Shown piece after piece: positions 28,554 through 37,705 of a stretch of 64,000 nt of DNA. Numbering within the stretch: position 1 is the stretch's first letter; each line of letters starts with the position of its first letter. Made by a program: the position numbers and the translations under genes. The DNA is taken from the sequence record OL362041.1. One strand, given 5' to 3'. Below the pieces are notes generated by a model. It was not told where the DNA came from. It saw only the letters and a list, made by a program, of their open reading frames with translations, and did not search any database. The DNA is from Escherichia phage vB_Eco_OMNI12.

Positions 28554-29004
28554 AATCCACCACTATTAAATCAATATCAGGAGTAAACATGTCGATTAAT
28601 TTAGAAACCTTATCCCAATCGCCGCCAGCAATACCGCAACCTATGCGTGGAATGTAAATTACTGGTTTAAACAAAAGGGTTTCTGCCTGTAGATTTAATT
28701 CTATCATGCAGTTTACTAAAGCACCATAATCAAGATTAGGACCCGGTTCGTATTGTGTATACAGGTTATAGCATATACCAAATCCCGTAGGGCTATGTTT
28801 AAAAACAATAGACATATCGCCTAATTTATCACGAGAACCGTACTCGGTAGTGGTTTTATCTATTTCTAAAATTTTGGGATAGGCTCTTGCTAATTGACCC
28901 GCTACGCCAGAGCCCATTGTGTGGAAGCAATTGCACCCGTGCGCAATAATATTACCTTGAAGAAATAGGGCGACAATATCGCCCTTGATATATTTTACAA
29001 TCAT
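28525..29004 (-). CDS. macro-domain protein (putative ADP-ribose binding/hydrolase)
   Basis: 159 aa; GDIVALF..GNIIAHGCNC..GSGVAGQL and IGCGIAGGDW match macro-domain signature motifs. Confidence 0.6.
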   Translation of the reverse strand: MIVKYIKGDIVALFLQGNIIAHGCNCFHTMGSGVAGQLARAYPKILEIDKTTTEYGSRDKLGDMSIVFKHSPTGFGICYNLYTQYEPGPNLDYGALVNCMIELNLQAETLLFKPVIYIPRIGCGIAGGDWDKVSKLIDMFTPDIDLIVVDYESTLPASV

Positions 29005-29342
29005 CTAGTACTCAATCCTCGATTATAAGAATCTACTAAACGGTCAACCATTGAATGACAAGCGGCTTTATCTTTCTCCTCCGCAACTGAACATTCTAAG
29101 GTATTCCACTTTTTAGCATATCGTTTTAACAATGTATCATTTTTGTATCTGCTTGATTTATCTCTTTCTCCGTCTTTATATGCATATATTAATTTCTGCG
29201 CAAATTCAGCTTGGCATGCTTTATTTTTCCCGCAATAATCCGCTGCAGTACGGTTTACATACTCTCTAATTTCAGTATATGATGTATCTGCTAACACAGA
29301 AAATGAAATTAATCCTATACATAAAACCAAAATTTTAGTCAT
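29001..29342 (-). CDS. secreted Cys-containing protein
   Basis: 113 aa; signal peptide MTKILVLCIGLISFSVLA. Confidence 0.5.
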   Translation of the reverse strand: MTKILVLCIGLISFSVLADTSYTEIREYVNRTAADYCGKNKACQAEFAQKLIYAYKDGERDKSSRYKNDTLLKRYAKKWNTLECSVAEEKDKAACHSMVDRLVDSYNRGLSTR

Positions 29343-29880
29343 TTACTATTTCCAAAAGTTTATTATTTTTAAGGTAATTAGCCTTTTCTAGGACTTCAGA
29401 AGCATATTTAGAACCTGCTTTAACATTCCATCCCGAATTATAAGATGATATTGCTTTTCTTATATCACCCTTATGTATATTTAACCAATAAGAAAGTTCA
29501 ATGTACGCCCAGGAAGCTGAATTGGACCGTTTATTCAACATTCTTTTTATTTCAGCATCGGTCATATTATAACCAAGTTCCTTGACTCTCGCTCGCATAG
29601 TAGGCAAATAATTTTGGAACATTCCATAAGCGTGATGCTTTGGTTTAGATTTTAAATTAACTCCGCCAGAGCTTTCTTGCCATAAAATAGCAGCCATTAT
29701 ATGACCTAATCCGCTCTTGTGGATATTTTTGTGTGTTTTATATTTTCCATCCTTAGAAAATTGTTCCCCGAATTGATACGCGTAACGCATGTTATCGAGT
29801 TGGACATTACTGAAAGTATGCTCGGAGCTATGTGCCATCATTGAAATGGCCAATAGACCAGCGAGTAGTGCTTTTCTCAT
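29335..29880 (-). CDS. secreted lytic-transglycosylase-like protein
   Basis: 181 aa; signal peptide; ILWQESSGG...GMFQ...SYNSG pattern resembles SLT domain. Confidence 0.5.
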   Translation of the reverse strand: MRKALLAGLLAISMMAHSSEHTFSNVQLDNMRYAYQFGEQFSKDGKYKTHKNIHKSGLGHIMAAILWQESSGGVNLKSKPKHHAYGMFQNYLPTMRARVKELGYNMTDAEIKRMLNKRSNSASWAYIELSYWLNIHKGDIRKAISSYNSGWNVKAGSKYASEVLEKANYLKNNKLLEIVND

Positions 29881-29887
29881 GCTTACC

Positions 29888-30349
29888 TCATTGAGTTTTA
29901 ATTACTGCTTTAGAAGCCTTTCCTGGTAAACGACGACTATTGATAATTGCCATCCTGCATTGAAGCGACGGGTCTTTGAACTTCGCATTAGGTTTACAAA
30001 CTGTAAATCCAAGCCAAAGATTTCCATCTGTGATTTCTAAACGTCCAGGACGGTATTCAACCCCATCAATAAAATCCTCATCAATGTCAGGACGCGGAGG
30101 CATACTCAGGAATTCATTAACTTCTAAAACATGGTCTTTTATTTTGTGGAATAATTCAAAAACATATGTCTCATCAATCTCCCGTTGAATTGCACGATCA
30201 AGAAGATGCTGAGAATATTTTAGATGAAACGATGAGACCCCTGCTGCTTTTGATGCCTCACGAATCTCATTGTTAATTTGACGAAACTCCGACTCAAAGT
30301 GACGACGAAGCTTATTTCGACGGATAAAAACTTCTGTATTGATAGTCAT
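29888..30349 (-). CDS. regB: endoribonuclease RegB
   Basis: 153 aa; MTINTEVFIRRN N-terminus; same length as T4 RegB (identification from memory). Confidence 0.65.
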   Translation of the reverse strand: MTINTEVFIRRNKLRRHFESEFRQINNEIREASKAAGVSSFHLKYSQHLLDRAIQREIDETYVFELFHKIKDHVLEVNEFLSMPPRPDIDEDFIDGVEYRPGRLEITDGNLWLGFTVCKPNAKFKDPSLQCRMAIINSRRLPGKASKAVIKTQ

Positions 30350-30370
30350 GTTGTTCTCCTCTTAACTGAT

Positions 30371-30405
30371 AGAAAAATTATACCACAGTCAAGAGGAAAA
30401 GTAAA
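30371..30405 (-). promoter_or_regulatory. T4-type early promoter
   Basis: -35 TTTACT (30400-30405), 17-nt spacer, -10 TATAAT (30377-30382). Confidence 0.6.
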
Positions 30406-30408
30406 CAG

Positions 30409-30729
30409 TTATTCTTTAAATCTAATCAATTTATTCATAGACTTTGAAACTTCTGCACGAACCTCATGTAGATTTTTGAGCTGTTCAAGACGCTGCTCAT
30501 AGTAAGCAATTTCATCTTCTTCGAGACAGTCCTGTGAATCTTCTTTAAGATACCGTGCATAGTCCTGGAAAGCGTTACGGACTACTTCCTGGAAGTCATC
30601 AAGACTTTGAATTTTCTTAGGAGCAGCAGACACACGACGAGGGGCAGTATAATACTCATAACCAAACCCTGCGCTTAATTGAGCCATTAATATTTTTCCT
30701 CTGGTTGGAACACAGCACGACAAGCCCAC
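30409..30729 (-). CDS. hypothetical protein
   Basis: ORF track 106 aa. Confidence 0.4.
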   Translation of the reverse strand: MGLSCCVPTRGKILMAQLSAGFGYEYYTAPRRVSAAPKKIQSLDDFQEVVRNAFQDYARYLKEDSQDCLEEDEIAYYEQRLEQLKNLHEVRAEVSKSMNKLIRFKE

Positions 30730-30989
30730 ATACTAGCTTCTTTGAGTTTCGTTTTAGCAATAGCTAACTGATCGAGGCTTTCAGCATAATTCTTCGCGAG
30801 TTCAAAGTCTTCGCAATTATCTAGTGCTTCCCAGAATTCATCATATAAAGCATCAAAGATAAGTCCTAAACGAACTTCAGCGTCTTTAATAGCATTTACT
30901 TTACCGATTTTTTCGTCGGTATGTGGCTTATAACCTTTAATATCTTCAATCATATTTGACTTCCTCACCAGTACATAAATCGTATTCAA
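30687..30989 (-). CDS. hypothetical protein
   Basis: ORF track 100 aa. Confidence 0.4.
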   Translation of the reverse strand: MNTIYVLVRKSNMIEDIKGYKPHTDEKIGKVNAIKDAEVRLGLIFDALYDEFWEALDNCEDFELAKNYAESLDQLAIAKTKLKEASMWACRAVFQPEEKY

Positions 30990-31167
30990 CTAAACGAATA
31001 GGTTCATGAATGCCATATCCCTGAACAGAAATTTCTGTCGTAGGATAAATTCCACTAATATCACCCATATTCCACGCTTCATTAAATTGCTGTTCGCCTG
31101 AATTACTAAACCATTCTGCGAAAGCATTTAACACATCTTTAGAACCTTCAATAATTATCTTTGCCAT
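30946..31167 (-). CDS. hypothetical protein
   Basis: ORF track 73 aa. Confidence 0.4.
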   Translation of the reverse strand: MAKIIIEGSKDVLNAFAEWFSNSGEQQFNEAWNMGDISGIYPTTEISVQGYGIHEPIRLVEYDLCTGEEVKYD

Positions 31168-31529
31168 TACAAGCTCTCAGTAAAGGTACGAGCGATAACG
31201 TCGCGCTGCTGTTCCGGAGTCAGAGAGTTAAAGCGAACTGCATAACCGGATACACGGATGGTCAGCTGCGGATATTTTTCCGGATGCTTAACTGCATCTT
31301 CCAGAGTTTCACGACGCAGAACGTTAACGTTCAGGTGTTGACCACCTTCAATTTTAACTGTAGGCTGTTGCTCAATTTCAATTTCACGGGCATGCAAACC
31401 ATAGAAAATTTCTGGGTCTACAAAAGAGTCCTCTTTAAAGGTTTTAGAGACAATAATTCGTGCTTGAATACCATCTTCAAAATAAATAGTACCTTTATGT
31501 GTGCCTTCAAGAATTTGATATGCTTTCAT
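31167..31529 (-). CDS. autonomous glycyl-radical cofactor (GrcA/YfiD-like)
   Basis: 120 aa; C-terminal [33 protein letters not shown] glycyl-radical signature; 3' half GC-rich. Confidence 0.75.
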   Translation of the reverse strand: MKAYQILEGTHKGTIYFEDGIQARIIVSKTFKEDSFVDPEIFYGLHAREIEIEQQPTVKIEGGQHLNVNVLRRETLEDAVKHPEKYPQLTIRVSGYAVRFNSLTPEQQRDVIARTFTESL

Positions 31530-31535
31530 ATAACC

Positions 31536-31916
31536 TCAATTAGAAAATAATTTTATCCAAGATTGTTCTTTAATTAAAAATGGCTCAGAATCATATGCCA
31601 TTAAACTTTGAGTAATTAATCCTTTAAATGGTCCATCAATAAATTCCATGGTAAAATATGGAATTTTATTCATTAATCTTGCATTAGGAGCAGTGCACAA
31701 AACTCTGCATCCTTTGAATACACCTTTTTGTAATTTGTATTGCTTGGGATAAAATTCGCTCAAGACGTTGTTATTTGCCAAAATTTCAAAATGATTCACC
31801 AATTTATTTTTAATAGTTTTTGGCGAAAAATAAAGATATTCGAAAAGTTGCGTATCTGTCATCATTGCATTCCAATTACGAAAAACTGCGGACGAGTAAT
31901 ACCGCCAATGCAGCAT
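31536..31916 (-). CDS. hypothetical protein
   Basis: ORF track 126 aa. Confidence 0.45.
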   Translation of the reverse strand: MLHWRYYSSAVFRNWNAMMTDTQLFEYLYFSPKTIKNKLVNHFEILANNNVLSEFYPKQYKLQKGVFKGCRVLCTAPNARLMNKIPYFTMEFIDGPFKGLITQSLMAYDSEPFLIKEQSWIKLFSN

Positions 31917-32401
31917 TTACTATTGCAGCAGTGTTGCACAGTTTCAATATGAATATCGTAAATCTTATCCATATCAGGAGATTTGACAGGCTCATCAATT
32001 ATATACAAAATTCGCGAAAGCGATAAACCTCTGAACTTGCTTCCTTTATTACCAATAAAACTGCGCACAGAATCAGTAAATAAACGAAAACGTATATCAT
32101 CATTAGAATAACGCGAAAATTCCTTTTTAATATTATCTGCGGAAATTTTAGCGTAAGCTGAAGTATTAGAAAGAACAATAACTGTTCCGCCATCATACAA
32201 CCAATTAGCAGCAAAGTTAGTCACAGCAATTGATTTACCAGATTGACGCCCACCATCTAGTCGAAGTGTACAATACTGTTTAAGTAAGTCTTCAAATGGC
32301 GGGATATATTCGTTTTTACAAATTTCTTCTACTCTAGCATCAGAATGGTGTGTAAAAGCATTCATCAGGGATAGATAAGGACCAGTTAAAAATGTTCTCA
32401 T
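31862..32401 (-). CDS. P-loop NTPase, hypothetical
   Basis: Walker A GGRQSGKS, Walker B LYIIDEP; start uncertain (Met 1, 7 or 17 of ORF track). Confidence 0.45.
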   Translation of the reverse strand: MRTFLTGPYLSLMNAFTHHSDARVEEICKNEYIPPFEDLLKQYCTLRLDGGRQSGKSIAVTNFAANWLYDGGTVIVLSNTSAYAKISADNIKKEFSRYSNDDIRFRLFTDSVRSFIGNKGSKFRGLSLSRILYIIDEPVKSPDMDKIYDIHIETVQHCCNSKCCIGGITRPQFFVIGMQ

Positions 32402-32546
32402 TTTGTTCTCTCTAGGTTTGGGCCATTCCATGGCGCATGAATTGTCCATTTCTGTATTTACCCATTACCGCACTTGGGCTCGACCTTATTACAGGTTGGC
32501 GGGAATCCCTCACAGAATCATGAGGTCCAGGTTATTCCCATGTTAT

Positions 32547-32963
32547 TTAAATGTAAATATTTTTGCCGTAATACTTATACCAGTGTGGCTTCATTAAAAT
32601 TTTTTCATCGAGTCGTTGTTGACTCAACTTAATAGCTGATTTGCATGGATTATAATCATTTTTTCATTCTACTGGAATATCGCTGATGTCAGGAACTTCA
32701 GTATCTTTTATACTGAACCCGCGTTTTAAGCATTCCGTTATAATGTCCGATTGACGCTTTCGCAAAAATTCTAACTTATCGTAAAAGAAAGTAACATGAC
32801 CAGAACCTAAAATAAATTTAGAAGATATTTTAAAATCTTTAACGCGCTTACCGTTTGCCACATGCTTACGAACTATACCAAAAACACGCGGCAATTCACG
32901 GTATTCTGCGATTAAATGTTGATCAGCAAGTTCAGATACTAAAGTCAAATTAATACGAGTCAT
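32547..32963 (-). pseudogene. denV: denV (pyrimidine-dimer glycosylase, endonuclease V) interrupted by in-frame TGA
   Basis: 99-codon ORF ends at TGA (32666-32664); same frame continues 38 codons ending WYKYYGKNIYI, collinear with remembered T4 endo V (138 aa). Confidence 0.7.
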
Positions 32964-32982
32964 TTTATCCCTCCAAGTAACT

Positions 32983-33017
32983 GTGAATATACTATCACAA
33001 TTCTAGGAGAAAGTAAA
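32983..33017 (-). promoter_or_regulatory. T4-type early promoter upstream of denV
   Basis: -35 TTTACT (33012-33017), 17-nt spacer, -10 TAGTAT (32989-32994). Confidence 0.5.
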
Positions 33018-33022
33018 CAACT

Positions 33023-33553
<531 letters not shown>

Positions 33554-34009
33554 TTAAAAGAGGTTGTTCATTATTCGGTAAAGTGAAGGACCCATCACAT
33601 ATTGCCACTGAGTACGAGGAATAAGAGCAAAAGCATCCATCTCTGGAATCATAACGCCATCTTTATTTTCAAAATAAGACTCACAATAGCAATTTCTGAA
33701 CATCTCATGCTCTACTGGAATCGTATAATAAAATAACTGTAAGTCTTTATTACTAGAATATTTAAATACACCTAGGTCTTCTAGAAGGTCTGGATTATAA
33801 TTGCTAAAACCAGTCTCTTCTAAGCATTCTCTTCGTGCTGCATCTAGTGCGCTTAAATCAGAATTTTCTACGCGGCCCTTTGGAATATCCCAACGATGTG
33901 CCATCATTCCAGGCTTACGAGAACCAGTAACCCGACCCATAAATAAATCTTTATCTTCTGTCATAAAGATAATACCAGCTGATAATGTTTTCATTTTAAT
34001 TTCCTGCAT
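33554..34009 (-). CDS. nudE: Nudix hydrolase NudE
   Basis: 151 aa; Nudix box GRVENSDLSALDAARRECLEETGF. Confidence 0.8.
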   Translation of the reverse strand: MQEIKMKTLSAGIIFMTEDKDLFMGRVTGSRKPGMMAHRWDIPKGRVENSDLSALDAARRECLEETGFSNYNPDLLEDLGVFKYSSNKDLQLFYYTIPVEHEMFRNCYCESYFENKDGVMIPEMDAFALIPRTQWQYVMGPSLYRIMNNLF

Positions 34010-34479
34010 TCAGTGATAAAGTTATTTAAATTTTGAGCATATTTCTTTTCATCAAAAATCTTTTGTTGTCTGCGTAACCGCCATGGCATTTCAATGAACA
34101 CACACCATATTCCGGATAATATTGCTGCAGTAAAAATATTAACAAATATAGTACAAAGAGCCCAATCTCCTATTCTGTCCATTGGATTTTTTCCAAAGAA
34201 GTAAAATACGAATGATGACGCAGGAAGACTAATGATATACCACAGAAGCATATTCTTATCCGTAAACCATTCAGCGTTCGTTAACTTAGCACGACCGTTT
34301 TGAATACATACGAACTTATCATCTGTTACAGTAAATGGCTTAGCTGCTTGATATCCCATTCTAAACTCCCTAATTAATCGTTTCTTTGTATCTTCAGAAC
34401 AGCCGCTCCAGTCAACTCTATCAACTGAAATGCCATCGTCCCCATCATCTAAATCATACCAGCGAGTTTTTAAAATCAT
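33991..34479 (-). CDS. membrane protein (2 TM), tandem paralog family
   Basis: 162 aa; two hydrophobic helices; C-terminus FITECRKLK. Confidence 0.5.
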   Translation of the reverse strand: MILKTRWYDLDDGDDGISVDRVDWSGCSEDTKKRLIREFRMGYQAAKPFTVTDDKFVCIQNGRAKLTNAEWFTDKNMLLWYIISLPASSFVFYFFGKNPMDRIGDWALCTIFVNIFTAAILSGIWCVFIEMPWRLRRQQKIFDEKKYAQNLNNFITECRKLK

Positions 34480-34838
34480 TTAATTTTCCTACAATCACTC
34501 ACAAACTCTTCCATTGATTCTTTTTCAATATAAGACATGTAGTTATTATATTCTTTTAATTGTATTTTGTAATCCTTTTTTCTTTGCCAATTTATTTTAA
34601 AATTATCATAATGAAAATATAACATGGTACCAAAGAATGAAAATAATGAAATCGCTATAGTATAACAAAGCTCACTCCAAACTTCTGTTATATTTACTGT
34701 GCCGTCGATGTTTAAAATAAGACAGTCAATCATTAATCCAATAAGACTACCTGCAAGAGCTGCAAATGCTGATATGGCAAGAATTAATAGTGCCTCTGGA
34801 AACGAATATTTGACTTTATTTAGTTTTGGCTTTTGCAT
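34476..34838 (-). CDS. membrane protein (2 TM), tandem paralog family
   Basis: 120 aa; C-terminus FVSDCRKIK. Confidence 0.5.
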   Translation of the reverse strand: MQKPKLNKVKYSFPEALLILAISAFAALAGSLIGLMIDCLILNIDGTVNITEVWSELCYTIAISLFSFFGTMLYFHYDNFKINWQRKKDYKIQLKEYNNYMSYIEKESMEEFVSDCRKIK

Positions 34839-35233
34839 CGTGATTCCTTAACAAATTTCATAATTTCATTAAATTCATACGCAGCAAGTTTAAGCTGATG
34901 TTCCTTTTTAATCTTTTTACACTGAGCTTTCCATTCGCGTACGCGTTTACGATAATGTCTTCCTTGATACCAGTATCCTACCCAATTTACAGGTACTAAT
35001 AAAAATGGAACTACTAATGGAAGAATTAATACTAACAGAAATACTGCGTCTGATTCAATATCAGTAGTAACATCTATAACTATTCCAATAATCATTAGGA
35101 TTATAAATGATACAGCTGTCACAGGACCTACTAATACATCAGTAGGAATTAGCTGGCGCTTTAATTCATACTTCAACGGTTTACTTGGAAGGTATAGTGA
35201 TGGTTTTGACATATTCTCTACATTCCTTAACAA
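34820..35233 (-). CDS. membrane protein (2 TM), tandem paralog family
   Basis: 137 aa; C-terminus FVKESRCKSQN; start may be Met 8. Confidence 0.5.
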   Translation of the reverse strand: MLRNVENMSKPSLYLPSKPLKYELKRQLIPTDVLVGPVTAVSFIILMIIGIVIDVTTDIESDAVFLLVLILPLVVPFLLVPVNWVGYWYQGRHYRKRVREWKAQCKKIKKEHQLKLAAYEFNEIMKFVKESRCKSQN

Positions 35234-35795
35234 ATTTTTCTAGTAATAAATCGCTTTCAAAATTGGGATTTTCTACGAATTTATCAAAAAGATCATCAAC
35301 AATAGTTAAGATATTCTTTTTACTAAGAATACGTTTATTTTCATGCTTCGTTTCAGAATCAACTATAAGAGTAAAGAAATATTTCTTGCCCTGAAATTTT
35401 ACAGTAGTATCAATATAAAATAAATTTGACTTTTGTAAATTACGTTTAAACCATGCGTCACTTAAACTATAAACACCGAGATAATCAAAATCGTCGTTTA
35501 AATAACAAACCGTCCATTCAGGAGAAATGAAATCAGTAAATTCAACATCAAAATCACACGTCAATGAATGAATTGATTCAATACTGTTAATGAGTATTCC
35601 AGGACGTATTAAAGACTTTTTACCTCTAGAAAATCTTCCGGAAAGGCTTTCATCAGTTTCATATGAAGACCCCCAATAGTAATTACGTCCTTCTGCCATG
35701 CGTTTAAGAGCATTTAGTAATTGGTCTGGAACATCAACCTGTCTTTGGAACTCTTCAAACATTGAATTGAAATCACTTTGCATTTTCATTTTCAT
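35181..35795 (-). CDS. hypothetical protein
   Basis: 204 aa; C-terminal KFVKECREY motif shared with downstream membrane proteins. Confidence 0.5.
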   Translation of the reverse strand: MKMKMQSDFNSMFEEFQRQVDVPDQLLNALKRMAEGRNYYWGSSYETDESLSGRFSRGKKSLIRPGILINSIESIHSLTCDFDVEFTDFISPEWTVCYLNDDFDYLGVYSLSDAWFKRNLQKSNLFYIDTTVKFQGKKYFFTLIVDSETKHENKRILSKKNILTIVDDLFDKFVENPNFESDLLLEKFVKECREYVKTITIPSK

Positions 35796-35811
35796 TCCTA
35801 TTTACTCCAGT

Positions 35812-35833
35812 ATAAGGGGCCGAAGCCCCTTAT
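35812..35833 (-). terminator. stable GC hairpin (UUCG loop) 3' of ORF 35836-36429; no U-tract
   Basis: AUAAGGGGC-UUCG-GCCCCUUAU on minus RNA. Confidence 0.4.
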
Positions 35834-35835
35834 CA

Positions 35836-36429
35836 TTATTTCAGAGAATTAATGTATTCCTGAACATCGGCAGAGGTAGTTTCAACCCCAGAAATATTAC
35901 CGTTAAAGGTTTCAACTCGAGCAAGGGTATCTTCAATATCAACCTTAGTCAGTGCTGCAATTTCAACTACATCATCAGCAGTACTAATTCCAAGGGCATT
36001 TGCTGCACGAGTTTCACGGATATATTCCAATTTAACCGCAAGTTCTTGACGAGCATCATCTAACTCAACTACTTTCTTGGCGATTTCAATTCGCATTTCA
36101 GCATAACCGTCAGCCTTAGTAGTCAACTGCTCAGCTGTTCGACGATATAGTAAACCGAGTTTAGCATGCATTGTTACATCTTGGCCTTCGGAAAGAAGTT
36201 TACGAATTTCACGCTCTTTTGATTCGGCCTGTCGATTCTTTTCGATAACAAGTTCACGAATACGTTTTTCTTCGTTAATAGATTTAACAGAAGCAGTTTT
36301 TAGATCTTTAATTTTATCAAGTAGTTTTGCTGCTGCAGCAGTATACTGTTCTTCGACAGATAGATTTTTAGCCATAGCAGAACCAAGTTTAGTGCGAATA
36401 AACTCAACAATTTTCTTCAGTGTGTTCAT
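35836..36429 (-). CDS. coiled-coil protein, hypothetical
   Basis: 197 aa; heptad-rich, alanine-rich. Confidence 0.5.
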   Translation of the reverse strand: MNTLKKIVEFIRTKLGSAMAKNLSVEEQYTAAAAKLLDKIKDLKTASVKSINEEKRIRELVIEKNRQAESKEREIRKLLSEGQDVTMHAKLGLLYRRTAEQLTTKADGYAEMRIEIAKKVVELDDARQELAVKLEYIRETRAANALGISTADDVVEIAALTKVDIEDTLARVETFNGNISGVETTSADVQEYINSLK

Positions 36430-36530
36430 AGTATTTCCTTAGGTTAATTGAGATTTAAAATCCGTAGGAGTATAATACTCTATCGTCAAATTATAGGCTC
36501 ATAATATCTCAATCATGAGCCTGCGTAAAC

Positions 36531-36794
36531 TTATTTCATATTATTGAAATATTCTTCTGCGATTTCGTCGTTATCATGGTAAACTTTAGAAGACAGTTTA
36601 ACATAACCTTCTGCTGTGAACATATTAATCACAACTTTTACAGTATACCACTGACCGTCTTCATTACCCATTACTGCGTAAGTTTCAAACATCGGATGAT
36701 CAGGACCGATAACTTTAATATCATTCACTGTACGACCGAAATCTTCTGAAACGCATTTCATAAAGAAGTTGAACAGTTCGCCGTAATTATCCAT
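36531..36794 (-). CDS. hypothetical protein
   Basis: ORF-track N-terminus (..FFHGTIQLSTT..) is translated promoter; start moved to ATG 36794-36792, 87 aa. Confidence 0.45.
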   Translation of the reverse strand: MDNYGELFNFFMKCVSEDFGRTVNDIKVIGPDHPMFETYAVMGNEDGQWYTVKVVINMFTAEGYVKLSSKVYHDNDEIAEEYFNNMK

Positions 36795-36831
36795 TTCATT
36801 CTCCAAGTTGTTTTCTGTATCAGTAGTTGAT

Positions 36832-36866
36832 AGTTGTATAGTACCATGGAAGAACAGAGATGTAAA
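36832..36866 (-). promoter_or_regulatory. T4-type early promoter
   Basis: -35 TTTACA (36861-36866), 17-nt spacer, -10 TACTAT (36838-36843). Confidence 0.6.
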
Positions 36867-36989
36867 CAGTTTTGTGAAAAAATTTTTAGGGAATTCTAGG
36901 GCAGGGATGGGCAATTAAAGGATAGGATAATATATTATAAAGGGTATAAACTAAATGATGCCTAGAGAGGTCCAGAAAGGCCTAGATAC

Positions 36990-37016
36990 CAAAAAGCCCT
37001 ATCATTTAGATAGGGA
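36990..37016 (-). terminator. intrinsic terminator
   Basis: CCCUAUC-loop-GAUAGGG followed by CUUUUUGG, after stop of ORF 37024-37587. Confidence 0.6.
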
Positions 37017-37023
37017 TTTAAAA

Positions 37024-37587
37024 TTATTTACCTAGTTTACTTATTATAGCTTCTGCAGCAGCTTTTAGCTTAGATGCAGTGTTAATACGATTTTTAATTT
37101 CAGTATACGCATCGCCAAGAACATCAAGGCTATCAGAATAAACACTTACACTATTGCGTTCGCTATTTGAAATAGAACCTTTAGTTTTGCGGTCAAAATC
37201 GGTGTACACGTCTTGAAGATCGCGGGCTGCCTTCTTTGCATCATCCAATGCATCAAGAGCTTTATTCAAAGCATTAACGTATTTTTTAGTGTCGAACATA
37301 TTCTTAGAAATTTTAACAGGTGCGCGTTCAGGAGTAGCTAACACAGATTTAGGAACCTGAGCGCCAGATGCCAATTTCTTAGAAATTTTGAAAAATGCTT
37401 TATTGAATTTATTTTCTTGACTCATTGTAAAAGAACTATTATCGATGTTGTACATTTCAATAGCTTTAGCTTTCCACTTAAGAAAATCGCCGCGGTCTTT
37501 TGGGTCCAATTGGAAGAATACTTTAGTAAGATCTGCTTCAGATGGTAATTTTGCTGCTTCGGTTAAAAATTCGGCATAGGTTTTCAT
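37024..37587 (-). CDS. internal-protein-like head protein (capsid-targeting N-terminus)
   Basis: 187 aa; N-terminus MKTYAEFLTE-A matches T4 internal-protein targeting/cleavage motif; Lys/Ala-rich. Confidence 0.55.
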   Translation of the reverse strand: MKTYAEFLTEAAKLPSEADLTKVFFQLDPKDRGDFLKWKAKAIEMYNIDNSSFTMSQENKFNKAFFKISKKLASGAQVPKSVLATPERAPVKISKNMFDTKKYVNALNKALDALDDAKKAARDLQDVYTDFDRKTKGSISNSERNSVSVYSDSLDVLGDAYTEIKNRINTASKLKAAAEAIISKLGK

Positions 37588-37676
37588 TTAAAATCCTTGA
37601 AATAATTTATCGGTTGGTTATTAATTATTTATTACTTTGTTACTATCCGTAACAGCGTTATCCGAGTGATTCAAAC

Positions 37677-37705
37677 TAAAAAGCCCCAACCTTTCGGTCG
37701 GGGCT
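37677..37705 (-). terminator. rho-independent terminator (GNRA loop)
   Basis: AGCCCCGACC-GAAA-GGUUGGGGCU followed by UUUUU. Confidence 0.75.

Noticed and set aside
31167-31360. GC-rich GrcA segment as host DNA contamination or assembly chimera
   Set aside because: The segment is in frame with an AT-rich phage-like 5' half, has phage-type gene overlaps at both ends and lies within a colinear operon, so it is more likely a real mosaic gene. Read-level confirmation is still advisable.
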